Assembly: GCF_006345805.1 (NCBI RefSeq)
Contig: NC_042997.1
Span: forward strand, 3,782,001-3,846,000
Origin: Octopus sinensis
Taxonomy: Eukaryota
Reading direction: 5' to 3'
Length of the DNA: 64,000 nucleotides
In this document: piece after piece, positions 1-14,270 of the stretch
Position numbering within the stretch: position 1 is the stretch's first letter
Layout: every line of letters starts with the position of its first letter
Translations under genes and position numbers: made by a program
The notes under the pieces: generated by a model
The model's input: only the letters and a program-made list of their open reading frames with translations
Database searches by the model: none
Told to the model about the DNA's origin: nothing

Positions 1-788
1 TTAAGCAACGGCAGCTCGCCAATATGTCGCGTATGTCAACAACAAAATGAAACCGTCGATCATGTTGTCTCCAACTGCAGATTTCTTGTGCCTACAGAGT
101 ATCTCTACAGGTATGATAGAGCTGCACAATATAATCACTGGGTAATTTGCAAAAACTGGACTTGCCTCGTGATAAAAACTGCTGGGAACACAAGCCACCT
201 CCAGTGCTTGAAAATAGTTACATCTCACAGCTCTGGACCTTCACCATTCAAACTCAGAGAAAGATAGATGCAAATAGGCCAGGCATCATATTGAAAGACT
301 TCAGACAAAAACGACGCCTCGTCATTGATATGACTGTCCCGGCTGATATAAATGTATCTATCAGGAGCTACCAAAATCTGAGCAAGTATAAAGGTCTTGA
401 AATAGAAATTACCAAAATGTGGAACTTCAGGATTAAAACAATACCTGTTGTCATAGGTGACCAAGGAATAATGTCAAAAGGGTTTGATTGCTGCCTAGTT
501 CTGATACCAGGAAACCTGTAACGGCAGAAATTCAAAAGATAGTGCGCAAAAGAACTGCCCATATCCTACGTAAAATACTGTCTATGTAATCTCAAATTTT
601 AAAAACATAATTTTCTTATGGTTTCTTTAACATTCTCTAGAACATCACTATGTTCAAAACCCAATACATGGCACACTAGGAATAACACCAGCATGAACTT
701 CTAAATTGTCTCTTGAGGTCTCTGGGTGAGCCTTGTTGCCAACATGTAGAAATGCAAAGCAAAAGTCAAACATAAAATAGTAATAATC

Positions 789-842
<54 letters not shown>

Positions 843-848
843 TAATAA
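1..848 (+). mobile_element. 3' end of an R4/Dong-like non-LTR retrotransposon (CCHC zinc knuckle, restriction-like endonuclease, 3' UTR, (TAA)n tail); frameshifted
   Basis: Frame 1 reads CRVCQQQNETVDHVVSNC (zinc knuckle). ORF 147-521 reads LWTFTIQTQRKIDANRPGIILKD..LVIDMTVPAD..LSKYKGLEIEITKMW..TIPVVIG, a decayed PD-(D/E)xK RLE domain. The C-terminus TAHILRKILSM* ends near 589. A (TAA)n run at 778-848 fits Dong-type tails or targets. Confidence 0.85.
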
Positions 849-895
849 ATGCCCTTATGCCCAGTTCATATTCATTATTATGCCTAGCCTACTAT

Positions 896-1345
896 AGCGC
901 AGGCTTGGGTCTGTGGTAAGAAACTTCCTTCCAAGCCACATAGCTGTGTATTGAGTCCCACTATGTAGCACCTTGGAGAGGTGTCTTCCACTATAGGGTC
1001 GAGCCGACCAAAGCCTTGTGAATGGATTTGGTACACAGAACCTGAAAAAGCCCGTCGTATATATAGGTGTGCGCGAGTGAGTGTGCATAGATTTGTGTGG
1101 ATGTGTATGTATGTGTGCATGTGAGCGTATGTGTGTATGTGTCTTTGTGTGTGTGTTTGTTCCCCATAACCACTGGTGTATTTACGATCCAGTAAAATAG
1201 CGGTTCGGCAATAGAGACCGAGAGAATAAGTACTAAGCTTAAAAAGAAGTCATGGGGTCAATTCGTTCGACTGGAATTTCAAAGAAGTCGTACAGCATGG
1301 CCGCAGTCAAATGAATGAAACAAGTAAAAAATATAGGAGTAAAAG
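896..1345 (+). mobile_element. tRNA-derived SINE (family A) with internal (GT)-rich tract, diverged
   Basis: The head gcgcaggc..tgtggtaag..cttccaa.cacat..gagtcccact..gcaccttg..gtgtcttc..ctatag..ccgaccaaagccttgtg is shared with 49808-49975. The 3' part aataagtacta..ctta..gtc.tggggtc..cagcatggcc.cagtcaaatg..tgaaa is shared with 53830-53945. Confidence 0.8.
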
Positions 1346-3302
1346 AAAATGAATTCTATTGTCATGAAGTAAATATTCATTTGATTTATTAGAATTAATT
1401 GTTTAAAGCGTTTTATTATATACGATTCATAATTAAGCTATTGTTCTCATTCTAAACTACTGATAGGTATTTCAGTCTGGACCATTCTTTGAAATTACCT
1501 ATATGTTTTTTTTTAGGGGGGGGGGTTAATTGTATACGTAAGCAACAGCTTTCCATATTTCAAACACTGACATTCTGCCATCAATTTTAGATTGCCCATG
1601 AAAGCTTCATCCGATTCTCAAAATTTTTGTTTTATATTTTATTTGTAATTTTCTTTAGATTTCTTCTTAACTCGTTTTTGGGTGATTTTTCTGCTATGAG
1701 GCGATTTATTTTTGTCACAAAGACAAAATAAAAAAAAAAGAGAAATTATGTATCAAAACACTTTTGAATAATTCATTTGTGATTCGCTTTCACCATATTT
1801 GTAATATATGCAAAGCAACAAGGAGGGAAATCTGCTTAGCTATTTGAATTTGCATGATATTAGATTTGAGTACCGTTCAGCCAAATTGAAATACTTGTTA
1901 AAATTTCTTTTCAATAACAAAGGATCGTAAAATACATTGGTCACACGTTTCATTTCTCAGTAGTTTGAAAGTAAGAAAAATTTTCGGAAATACAGTGAGG
2001 AAAGAATATTTTTGTGAACAGTGAATCGTGAAGTAAAATGATATATTTTTTCTTTAAATTCACGTTCCTCGTAGTTATATTTTCAGTAAAATAAGACATA
2101 CCTGCATTGTACATATCTGCATTGGAATAGTTTTGAAAAGGTAAACAATTAAAAACTTCATATTTTATCTTGCAATCAAACATTGTATACTCTAATATTG
2201 CCTAAATATAGATTGGCATACGGATATTCTGCAAAAATTGTTTACTACTCCCTGGCTATCTACATACGGTGCACCTTCCTACTTTTTGCTTTCATCTTCG
2301 TTAAATTTCATTTACTATCTGCGTTTGTGTATGGGAAAAACCTGTTCAGGCGTGTATCATTAATTTTTAATTATATGTGTATGTATATATCTATACTATG
2401 TTAATTTGTATACGTACGTATCTTCGTCCGTTACTCAAAAAACTTGCTCAGTTCCAGATTCATCTGCATTTTATCTCATTGAGATATATTATGTGAATCA
2501 TTCTTTTGCTGAATATTATGGGAGCAATTATGGTTCAATAGTGCCACAAATGAAATAGACCGCATTCTCTTATATCCAACTTATATTCAGCTTCTCTTAT
2601 ATACATCTTCATCCATCGAGGTGACATTTCAATGTCAGTTTTCAAACAAGTAGAAAACCGAATCATTGTGGATAACCAATAAAATTCCATTTGCTGTTTG
2701 AGGAAGCACTAATTTAAATTTTCTTATTAACCTATATTACTATGACCAAGAATGTTTTAATAATTATTTGTGACCGCTCCCATGTAACAGATAATACTGT
2801 AAAATAAAACAGAAAATCAAAATATTTTTGCTTGAAACTTATATTTTGAACATGAGTTACGAAACTCTAACAAACATGCGGCCATGGATATGACATTTGA
2901 TAAGAATGATGAAGATGTGTAAGTAGACGTTAGCAAAAATATCGACTAATTAATGTACTTAACTTGAATACTTTATTACCATTATTCATAAATAGTGTTC
3001 ATTAAAAATTTAATATTTGTAATACATTTAAATAACCTGAATAGAATAGATTAATTCAGATACAAATACTCGTTTAATAGCATAATATACGAATGTATTA
3101 GATGGCTATACGTTGGTATAAACTCCATAATTTCATGCCTGTATACATATATATCTTTATGCTGACCACCCGCACGTCCATTTCGATATATATATAATTT
3201 ACGAGATATAGCGAAATATCTATATACATATATAAATATAAATATTTATGCATCATTCTTCCTCATCACCAGTCTCTGTCTCTCTATCTCTCTGTATATA
3301 TT

Positions 3303-3354
<52 letters not shown>

Positions 3355-3939
3355 ATCTTTTTCCGTTCTCTCACTTTACCACTCTCTCTCTCTCTGTATA
3401 TATATATATATATGAAGGTTGCTTGAAAATCCACTTATTTTTTCGGAAGTTATATACTTATTTTATTAATGAGTATCTGCGGTTCAAGTTTCCTAGCTAA
3501 TAATGTATGGTGGAACCAAAACTGCTGTTACTGTTAAACAAATTCGCAAAAACAAACATGCACACTCACATGCTCTGAAAAGTCAGAATTTTATATTTGG
3601 AAATGGGGGCAAGCGGATTCAGCAGCATTTTTGATACTAATGTTTCTAAAATAGATTAAACATTCCTCGAAATGTCAGCCTCGTTGTACCACGCGGACTA
3701 AGGGTCTAGACACGCGTTTCTGAACCGGGGTTCCGCAATAGGTTCTTAGAATTTCCGTAAGAAAATGTGATATAAGCTAATGCTAATTTCCTGATTGCAA
3801 AATTAGTATACATATATTACATATTATACGCAATTATAATATAGACATCATCCTATCTAAATTATTACGTTATGTATAGTAGCCATATATATATATATAT
3901 ATATATATATGTTTATATGTATATAATATGTGAATATAT

Positions 3940-4880
3940 ATATTTAATGAGACGGTGTTTGAAAGCTAAGTAAACCTTTTCTATTTAAGATATTTTATGG
4001 TATTTTAAGAAGTTTTATTTTATTGTATTGTATACTATATAACTACTGATTGTTAATTTGGTTCTAGGATTATTTAGTTTTTGATGATATGTATCTAATT
4101 ATTAGATTATAACTGTACGTAATTTGTACGATATTACTTAGTCGCTGAGTTATATAGATCATAAAATAGTTATACGGTTCTTTTAAGATAGGTTATACAT
4201 TTTAATGTATTTCATAACTATATTATATTGATATTTATAATATTTATGTCAGTAATAATCGACTAATTAATTAATTTATTTTTTATTATATGTCTATATA
4301 TTTATTGATAGAGTAAATTTTAGATTTTAATTACTATATTTGTTGATTATCATTTAGATACGTATTACTTAATATTTTATAATTATTAGATGTGAACTTA
4401 AATCTAAAAATATGAATAGTGATTATTTTGTTAAATAATTTGGTGATCAAATATTGGACTATAAATGAGTTAAAGGTATCCGAGAGTATATTATGTATAT
4501 TTAAAGCCATATTATATCTTCACAGATAAATACATATGTCTTTTTATTTCCTTTTACCTTAAAATAAATATTTAACATAATAAATGGGTTGTAAGAAATA
4601 ATCCTAAAGGTTTAAGTTTCTAATTTAGATAATGGATTTTTTTCTATAAGAAAAATTATTATTTTATTTGTTTCTTCGATAAATATTGTTTAAATCTATT
4701 TTCTTATTTATTTAACTATTATCATTAACCTGAAGATTGACTATAATTTTAGCTCGAATATATTTCATTTGAATTTAAAATTAATTGTAATTCGAATTTA
4801 ATTATAGACATGAACCTTACGTAGTGTTTTTACTTATATTTATCATTCATTTTATAATTTTGGGAACAAAATGTATATAT
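3940..4880. repeat. Very AT-rich block, probably a decayed relative of the 56.8-59.6 kb palindromic element
   Basis: 4081-4125 (tgatgatatgtatctaa..att..tacgtaatt) resembles the reverse complement of 57208-57250 (tgatgtaaagtatctaa..att..tacgtaaaatt). 4473 aggtatccgagagta resembles 59017 aggtatccagcgta. The block is flanked by (TA)n. Confidence 0.35.
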
Positions 4881-5250
4881 ATATATACATATATATTACA
4901 TATATTATATTAATTTTATATATTATTTGTTATTTATGTATTGGTTTATATATATCACTGTTTGAGTTGCATGATAGTGGTTTTATCTCTAATTCATATA
5001 TATATGATATTACGCAAACATTATTTGCTACATGTAATATTATATGGTAATATATTAACTTCACTATCTATTAACAGGGTTGCTTCCCACCCAGAATTTT
5101 CAGATCCAGTGGCACAGTATGCCATCATTTGTTAAATGTCTTCTATATATCTTCGTCCTGAGATATTGTAATCTTGAAATCTTGTTCATTTCAAGCGCAA
5201 TTAATTTTTGTAAAGATTCCTAGTTGAAATAAACTTTAAAGTTATAACTT

Positions 5251-5298
<48 letters not shown>

Positions 5299-7214
5299 CA
5301 CACACCCACTCACAAACACACACATTTTCTTACATGTTTTTTATGTAAGTTCTCTAGTGTGGTTAGACAACCAAATTCTACACGATTTAATTCGGAACTC
5401 TGATGGAAAATACGAAAGTGAGTACAGCGTTATAACGTTGTGTGCAAGTGTGATAGAGTTGAAGCTTTATCTATGCCAAACGACTTTACTGTGCGTACTC
5501 ATTCTCCGTGGACATAACAACAGTCCCCATAATTTTAGTCAGATGTCGTAAATGAATTATAAAGGCAAATTCTGCATGGGTATATTGCTTTAGTCAACTC
5601 CGAGTTTTACCAATAAAATTGAAATTATTTATGTGATTTATATAACGCCTCACATGTTCGAAATATTCCAGCAAATATCGACAAGTAAAGAAGACTATTT
5701 AAACGTATTTTTAAGTATTTCAATATATGCTAACGCGGATTTAGATTCGGTAATTTTAAAAAGTTACAGAATGAAGATGTTCAAGATATGACAAAATGTA
5801 TAAAATAATTTATTAATTAATGTCAGGTAACATCAGAATTAGATGATTTTAAAACATGAGGAAGGTTTCACATTAATTCTCGTTCGCTCATCTTTTGTCT
5901 CTCTCAATTATTTAGTTAGCAATTTTGTATTGCACAAATTTCCAACTGAAAAAAAATATATATATACGAATAGGAATCATATTTCTAAAATACGTCATGA
6001 TGCTTATTAATGATAATTTAATTCAACTGCCATCAGTATCCAGCTACGTAGCAAGAATTATCGTTTATTGAATCAGGCGGTAAGGAAATAAAATTCTTTG
6101 AAAATTAGACGCATACACATAATAACGATAATAACATATATATGATTCCCTTCAACACTCTGTCTGTGTGTCTGTCTATCCTTCTGTGTGCAGGAGACTA
6201 CTTGACACTGTACGTTGCCTTTCAGATAAATATGTACAGATAATTTAAGAAACTGGCTTTCTCAATTCATTGCGTATGTGTTCATGAGTTCAAGTGATTG
6301 AATTTGTGCGTGAAATCTCATCCAGCAGAATTAGTGCTGTCTTTATTTAATTCTACTATACAGCTTTTGATTTATTAGCAAATATAATGAAGGAGATGAC
6401 AAATGGAAGAAGAACATTCATTGTAAAGTATGCTGTGAAACAAAACGTGCTAAATTGTTTTCAAATTATAGGAAACAATATAATACCAAGGTAAAATACT
6501 ACCTGGGCCTCAGGGCTCCGATGTAAATTGAATCCATGTCTACCTAACCTCTATCAGTCTTCCAGTTATGGAAATGTCATGTCAATGACAAATTTTCTGT
6601 CTTCTAGTCAATATAGTGTTGCAGTGGGAATGGACATATTTTAAACCCCTGAGACGTTTTTCCCTAAGAGGTATGCTTTAAAATAAATGTATGTTTTCAA
6701 ATGGTTCTTTATACGAATATGTTTATTAATACAGCGCTTAAAATATTAGATGTATATGTACACACATACACACACATATATATATATATATATACATATA
6801 CTTATACATATATATTTATAGTGATATTGAACTTGCGATAATGAAGCTTCGAAGGTAAAGCGTAGCTACAATATACTCACGTTTTCTCCCCGGTGAGTTC
6901 TAAATTTACTGTCAATGGAATATCTGTCGAGTCATCTGTGATCCCACTCCGGTATGGGATTAAGTACGTTATTATGTGGTGCTTTACACTTTGGTAAATC
7001 TGGATACGGCTAAGTATCTAATTTTACTACCAGATTCAGAGTGATGCCAAGTGCAGCAACATGATTTTGAGCAAAGTCATATTACGTAATGTCGTTTCAA
7101 CCTGGGTTTAATTATTTGCTATCATATCAATTTTTAAAGCTAGAATACTAACCCGATTAGTCTTGAAACTTAACGCATTACAACAACCAATAATGCTTCA
7201 TATCTTCAGCAATT

Positions 7215-7400
7215 ATCAGTATTGGTTTCAAAGTTTGAAAGAAATCCAGCAATTTCGGCGGTGAGAGAAATCGATTATATTGATCTCAGTACTTACTTGG
7301 TACTTATTTCATCGACGCCAAAACGACAAATTAACCTCGGGGAAATTTAAACACAGAACGTAAAACGGATGCAATGCTGCTATTTCGTCCAGCAAAGTAC
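7215..7400 (-). mobile_element. tRNA-derived SINE (family B), diverged
   Basis: tcgattatattgatctcagt..tggtacttattt.atcgac..acctcggggaaattt.aac.cagaacgtaa matches the better-preserved copy at 55108-55327. Confidence 0.7.
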
Positions 7401-8279
7401 AGGGATTACCTAAATGAGATATATAAATTTCATGTTGTTCAACCTGAGTTTTCTTCTTCAAACTGTGACACAGCAACTACCTCTTGATTGTAAATTAAAT
7501 AGGTATAAACTACTGGGGAGTGTGGAAAATTCCACAAAACCGAGAAAGATTAAGGGAGCTATTAAAGAAAGAAAACATAATTTACATTTTATTTTTATTT
7601 TCCTCAGTTATTTCACTTCTAGTTACAATAATACCTTATACGATTTAAAAATTTAACTCTGCTAAGCACTTTATATTTTCATTTTCTAATTCCCTCTTCA
7701 AGAAACTTTTAACCATGTAATTTCCCTCATCATGCCTTTAACATTGCCCTTTTTCTCTTCATCTCTTACTTCCACTAACCACACGCGTTACAGCATAATG
7801 CATCGGCTGGTTATCAGTTCTATCACACACTCTCACATTCCCTCTTCCTATATATCACTCCACCTCGTCGTACTCTCTTACAAACTTCAGCGTAAAGTGT
7901 GAACGGACAGGTACTAGAATAATATAGATTTAGTTCAATGAAAAAATATATTTTCACTATCAACACGGCAGCAGCAACAAAACCACCACCACCACCACCA
8001 CCACTACCACTACCACCAACACCACCATGATTCAAGTTTTCGGTAACAAAGCTCTTTTATTTCAGTACATTTCAGCTGATTGTTTATATTTATTTGTTCT
8101 TGCTGTCAACTCTGACAATACAGACGCTATCTGCCTCTCTCTTTCTGAATGTAACTGCCTTTCCCGTCTAACTTTCTCCATTTGCCATTTTTAACATTTC
8201 ACTCTTCATTTTTTCTCTCGTCGTCGTTTACTCTCGCTCTACTCCTGTCTCTTCAACTAACCATGTGTCGCATTTAGCC

Positions 8280-11200
8280 TTAGGAGGAATTACAACCGTG
8301 TTTCGTGGCCTGCTACCACAATAGCTCCTTAATAGGATCCAGTTAGCTCAAGACATCATCAGGAGGAACCATGTCCGGTTTCGGCCTCAACTCCTCTACT
8401 GTTTTGACGTGGCGTGGCCCCCCTTTTCAGAGGTGTCTTCACCTCTGGAATTGGTTGCATGTCTTCTTTCTTCTTTCTTCTGTTCCCTGGCCTCTTTGAT
8501 GTATCCTTAGCGAGTGTCAGCCGGTGACTGACTGATTTGTCAAAATCTTCCCTTTAAACACCTGCCGCCAGATTCCATCAGGCTGCCCAAGCAAGTTCTC
8601 ACGTGACATTGTCTCACCTTAACTGACTAGGGAAGGCGCGTAGTTTTAGCCCGCGCATTCTCTAAACGACCGTCACCTGTCAATCAGCGAAGCTGATTCA
8701 GTGTCTGCTTGTCTCACGTAATGATGTTATCTCCCGCCGGCATGTTATGACTTTCAAGCCAATTTCGGTCTTCCCGCTTCAGCCATATATAGAAGCTGTT
8801 TTTTTCGACCGCCTTCTGTACTCTCCTTATTAGTTTTTGCAGCTCGGAGCTAGAAAAAAAATCTTTTCAAAAGCGTTGTCATTTTTCTTTCAATGAAGCA
8901 TCTAGTCCTCACTGTCAGGTGATAATATTCGACATTCCATCCCTCTTCTCTGCATTCTTCGATTAGCTTTTCGTACCTCTTCTCCTTTCATTCCTCTGCA
9001 TTGCCGATGTTCTCTTCCCAAGGTACAGTCAGTTCTAGTAAAATTCCTATTCTCCGGTCACTGTTTCATAGGACTAAATCCGGTCTGTTCCACCAGACTA
9101 AGTTGGCCGGTGAGAGTAGAACGTCGAAGGTAGACTTGATCAGGAAGGATGTTCTTGCTTGTTCCCAAGCCCAAAGTTCCTTCCATGATATTCTGCGGTT
9201 GATCACATATTCCTCCCATCTCAGGCACTGTCCCTGTTGATTGCATTGCACCAAATGTACGTTTCGCCTTTCTTCTTCCTCCTTTCTCACTTCGTATATC
9301 TCATTCATCTCTTTTACACTGCTCTTGCAAAATGGCCTGAAATTTTGCGACCCTAGGCGGTTCTTGCTTCTTCGGTCGCTCCGACTATATCTTCGTGCCT
9401 TAGTTTTCCGATCGCCTTGTTTACTGCCTCTTCCGCCTTCCATTTCTTTCCTGTTCGTACCTTTGGAGGGTTTTCCCGGATGTTCTGATCTTTTGAATAC
9501 CTTAGCATCATTACTGTCCATGACTTTCCAGCCTTACATTCTTCGACGATTGATGTTATTGGTAGTTGCAGCACGGGTTTTTCATATAGTGCATTTGTAT
9601 TCAGTGGTTTCGACAGACCAAGCCATTTTCTGATAAACACACTGCATCTTTGTTCCATCCTTTCTACTCTACTTGAGGCTAGTTCGTACATTTGCAATGG
9701 CCATATTATTCTTGGGTACAGCCCAAATTGCAGTATCCAACATTTGAATTTTCCCGGCAATTGCCTTTAATCCTTGTTCTACTAACTCGTGTGTTTCATT
9801 CCCTTGCTTATTATCATTTAATAAATCTCTATACCATCTGCCGAGACTCTTTACTGGTTGTTCTTTCACCGTTGGTATGTCTTCCCTTCCTATCCTGAAT
9901 TTCACTTCTTGCCTTCCTTTCACGAAAGCCCTGCTTCGAAATTTTTTGGCTTTGAATTTCATCCTTGCCCATCCAATCAGTGCTGCTTCTCTACTTTCTG
10001 ATAATATAGTTACGTCGCCCATAAAATCCCTTAATGGTGTCTTTGTAACAGCTTTCTCACATTTTATAGATTTAAGTAACCTTTCCATGACTAGCACGAA
10101 TAATATCGTGCATCCGGCTGCAATACCTATTTCAAGCCGTTGCCACTCCGTTGTAAACTTTCCTGCTGTAAATCTCATCCTCAGGTTGTCGTAGTACGAC
10201 ATGGGCATTTGTTGAACGTCTTTTGGAATCCAAAAGAAATCCATCGCTGTTTTTATTATTGCGTGCGGAACAGATCCATAAGTATTGGCAAGATCTAGCC
10301 AAAAATATACAGGTTTTTCCTCATTTGCTTTGCACAGGTGATTGTTTCCCAGATGGCAAATGCGTGTTCTATGCACCCAAGGATTCTGGGGATTCCTGAT
10401 TTTTGGATTGCTTCATTAACGTACCCGTTATGCTGTACGAATATTATGATTCGTCTAGCAATTATTCCAAACATGATTTTCCCGTCAGTATTTAATAATG
10501 AAATTGGTCTAACTTGACCTATTGTTTTTGCCTCTTTTTCTTTAGGTAGATAGATACCTTCAGCTATACACCATCGCTCCGCTACATCTTTCTTTTTTCA
10601 CATTTCTCTTATCAGTGCAAACAGCTACAAACGTAATTTCGAGCAATATTTATATACCTTGTAGCTCACTCCATCGTTCCCTGGTGAACTGTTTGCTCTT
10701 GCTTTTCTCATGAACTCATCCATTTCTTTCCGTTTGATGTTACTCAAATCAAATGGTACTCATGGTTCAGGTGGTTTCTTCAGCCCATGCATTTCTGGGA
10801 GTACTTCATTTCTGTCAGAGTCGCTGTATGTCCCTTTCAGATGTTGTTCGAGCTCTTCTTTCGTGCAATCCCATTTTCCGCTTTTACTTTCAGTGAATAG
10901 ATGTTTCGCATATTCATAGGGATTGTTCACAAAACTACGATAGTTTTTTTCTCTCTCCTTTATTCTGCTCCTCCTTCTTTGTTTTCTTAGCAAATCTCGA
11001 TGCCTCTTTTTTATCTCTTCATATAGCTGCTTTAGCCCTTCTCTTTCCTCCTCCTTTGCATCTCTTTGGTTCTGAGTTTTTTCTTCTCTTCTCGAATCTT
11101 TGAGATCCGTCTTTCTCTCCTCGATTGTGCGCTCTTTGCAGTTGATTCTACCTTCCCTGTTGTTTCCAGTCCAAATCTTTCCTCTCCTTCCTGGTAGATT

Positions 11201-11530
11201 GTATTAGCCAGGTTTTCGAGATTTTATTCTTCATCGCCTTTGAATTTGGTGGTCATTCTTTCTAACTCGTCGTCAAATTTTTGATAACTTGCTGCATCAT
11301 TTGCTTTCGGCCACTTAATCTTTGTCCTTTTCACGCCTATCAGTCTTTTTGGCTGTTCTAATTCAACTGGGGAATGAACCTCGCTATGGTTATTTTCCAT
11401 CGGGTTCTGGCCACACGTCTTATGGTTTATCAACCCACGTTGTTGAGGTTCTTTCTTCTTACACACCTATCTTTGGTAGATTGTCAGCCCGATGTAACTA
11501 GCAAACACCTTTCCGCAGCAGCTGAACTCC
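8280..11530 (-). mobile_element. Near full-length HERO-like (R2 group) non-LTR retrotransposon, pseudogenised: N-terminal zinc finger, RT, RLE endonuclease, ~450-bp 3' UTR
   Basis: The minus strand reads SCCGKVFASYIGLTIYQR*VC (decayed zinc finger, 11460-11525), IKWPKAND, FVNNPYEYAKHLF, WLDLANTYGSVPH, GIAAGCTI, FMGDVT (from AFMDD), PTVKEQPVKSLGRWY, PGKFKCWILQFGLYPRIIWPL, KSTFDVLLSPANL, RPDLVL and LELTVPWEEN. These motifs are characteristic of HERO. Multiple stops and frameshifts are present. Confidence 0.9.
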
Positions 11531-11814
11531 TCATCTATTACACATCATTTCTAATTCGTCTTCATTTCTCTCTTCTCAGCTCACACTCCTCCTCTCTCTT
11601 TCTCTCTTTCCCTTTTACTCTCCACCCCTCACTTACTCCGCGTCTACCTCTCTAACTTACTAAACTATAATGGATGAACGAACACGTCACTCATTATATA
11701 GGTAGGGAACACTTTCGCTGATAGCTTCCTTTAAACTGACCTCACAGTTGATTGAAAATCAATAATCATGGATTTGCAAATGAACCAATCTCAGTTTACT
11801 ATAATTAAATATCC

Positions 11815-12010
11815 GTTTAAAATTTTAGTACAAGCCCAGCTATTTTATGGATGTTGTTGATCGCCACCAGTGCCCAACTGTTACTTATTTTATTGACTCT
11901 GAAATAATAAATGGAAAAGTCACCCTGCGTGGAATTTGAACTCAGAACTTAACGACACGAGAAATGCCGTTAAGTAGTTTGCCCAGTTTACTCCTGATTC
12001 TGTAAGCTAG
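11815..12010 (-). mobile_element. tRNA-derived SINE (family B), diverged
   Basis: ccagtgcccaactgttacttattttattgac..ggaatttgaactcagaac..gaaatgccgttaag, as in 55108-55327. Confidence 0.7.
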
Positions 12011-12417
12011 TAATGTTACTGTGATTCAATATTCTCCATTTGACTTCAAAAATTATGCGCTATTCACAGCAATGTATTTTTGTTTTTTTCGGAAATCCAA
12101 AAGTCATATGTTATTGCATGTAGCTCGCCTTGTAATTGTTATTTAATGGGGTTTAGTCATGCGCAGATGAACATTTGCCAGTTTCCATTTTATTACTATG
12201 AAAAAAATTCCCTTTTTCCCCGTGCCTTGTGTGTTTAACATGCAGGCTGCTACACTGAATTATATACTCTCTGATGAGTAATCTCTCTCTCTCTCTCTCT
12301 CTCTTTATACATGCATATATATATATATATATATATAATATATATATATATACTAATACAATTGTTCGTTTGATTTCCACCTGCCTTCGTCTTTTGTCTA
12401 TTTTCATAAAGCTTCCG

Positions 12418-12462
<45 letters not shown>

Positions 12463-14218
12463 ATATATGGAGATATAGATGGATAGATAGATAGACAAAC
12501 AGATAGATAGATAGAGGGATAGATAGATATGTATATATGCAGGTGCGTATATATGTGTGTATGTGGGTATACAGGCATATTAACAAAATAGTGTTGTCAG
12601 AATTTCGAGAAATATTTATTGAGCGCTGTTATCCCTTTCAAGAATTTATCATGAATAATTGGCTATTGAAAATTGAACTATTTTATATGTGTCACTAAGC
12701 AGAAAACTTCAAGTGTTCAATCTGTTTTCTAGAGCATGGGGAAAAGTTTTGGTAGAGGTTACCTGAGATGTTTTTCTCATTTTGAATGCACATGTGTGTG
12801 CATATATATTTGCATGTATTTGTATCAATGTAGTTGTGAGTCGTGAATTTTTAAACGCTGTATACAAGAGAGCAATTTTAGAGGTCGGTGAGCGAAGGAA
12901 GAAAATGTAAAAAGAAAATTTTAAAAAATCAACTTTCTAGACTGGTGTTTTCTACAAAAGTTGATTTAATGGCTGGTTAAAAGAGGTCAAACACAAACAA
13001 TCATAATAAACTGTTGCTTTTTGTCATTGAAGAACTGCTAGTTCTTTTCTTCTTTTCTTCTTTTCCGTTACCCATTAGACTGCTTAGCTATAAGATTCAC
13101 CGAATTGTTTGGAAACACTGTTTAATGTGTTTGTATGTGCACATGTTTGCGTGTGAGTGTGTGTTTAAGAGATAAATTTTCCATCAATTTCACTAACAGT
13201 ACATAATTAATGATATCAAATTATTTTTTGATTTGGTACATCTAGAAAAGTATTGTCTGTTTATACAATTTTCTCATATTTGAAAGACAGTTATGCCTTT
13301 TACACGCTTAGTGTTGGTGAAAATGCCCTTTTGAATCAGCCATTGCGTGTTTATAGAATGGGAATATCTTGATCCTATTGTTTCCACATATTCCCAATGA
13401 AAATGAATGCAATTTCATATGTTTGATATATGGTACCTGTCGTTTTATAAAATATAGTGGTTGTTAATTTCGCATCGCATACGTAGATGTGAATTTCTAA
13501 GAATCGTACGTCACTATGATTGTTTCTTGCTGTGGATTTGAAATACTGATGAATGGTGTTCAGGATGTTATTGGATATTTGTAGTTCATCATTTGATTTA
13601 TGCCAATTTCTTTCTCATGCCATTTCTTATACATGAAACGCAACATTCTGTGTAATTCCGTATAGTATGGTAAGGTGTATTAGTGCAATATAGATTGATT
13701 AAACATTACTTCGAATGAACGCATTGTAAGCTTCTTACAACTCTGTAATTATTCCTTGAAATTTATAAACATTACAATTGAAAAGAAACATGAAATTAGA
13801 CATTGTACAATCAAGTATGCCTAGATAAGAAGCCACAACAATTCAGCATATGTCCTTTGAAACGCAAGTCCGCCACCGTACAAAGTGGCGGTGCTCTATC
13901 ACCATCGAATGCAAATACTACGAAGCCACCAAATCGGAGAAGGGTGAAATCAAGCGACAGGTAGATAGGTTCGACAAAATCAAACTCGCCCACCATGCGC
14001 CCAATGTCAACGATTCTTCTAGGCAATAATTAGCCTACAGCGGCATCAACGGCATCACCAGAAAGGCATCGTTCAGCAAACAAGTACATACATGAATACG
14101 AGATTTAGCATGATTTACTGTGAGTGTATAGTTGTGTATGCGAGTGTGTGCTTTCGTGTGTTTTTGTGTGCGTGAGTGGGCGCATGTGTATACACACACA
14201 TGCTCACACACACGCACA

Positions 14219-14270
<52 letters not shown>

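Noticed and set aside
3940-4880. Mitochondrial control-region NUMT
   Set aside because: Only the AT richness fits; no adjacent mitochondrial tRNA or gene sequence was recognised.
9001-11655. Plus-strand ORFs overlapping the HERO element
   Set aside because: They are antisense shadows of the retrotransposon ORF.
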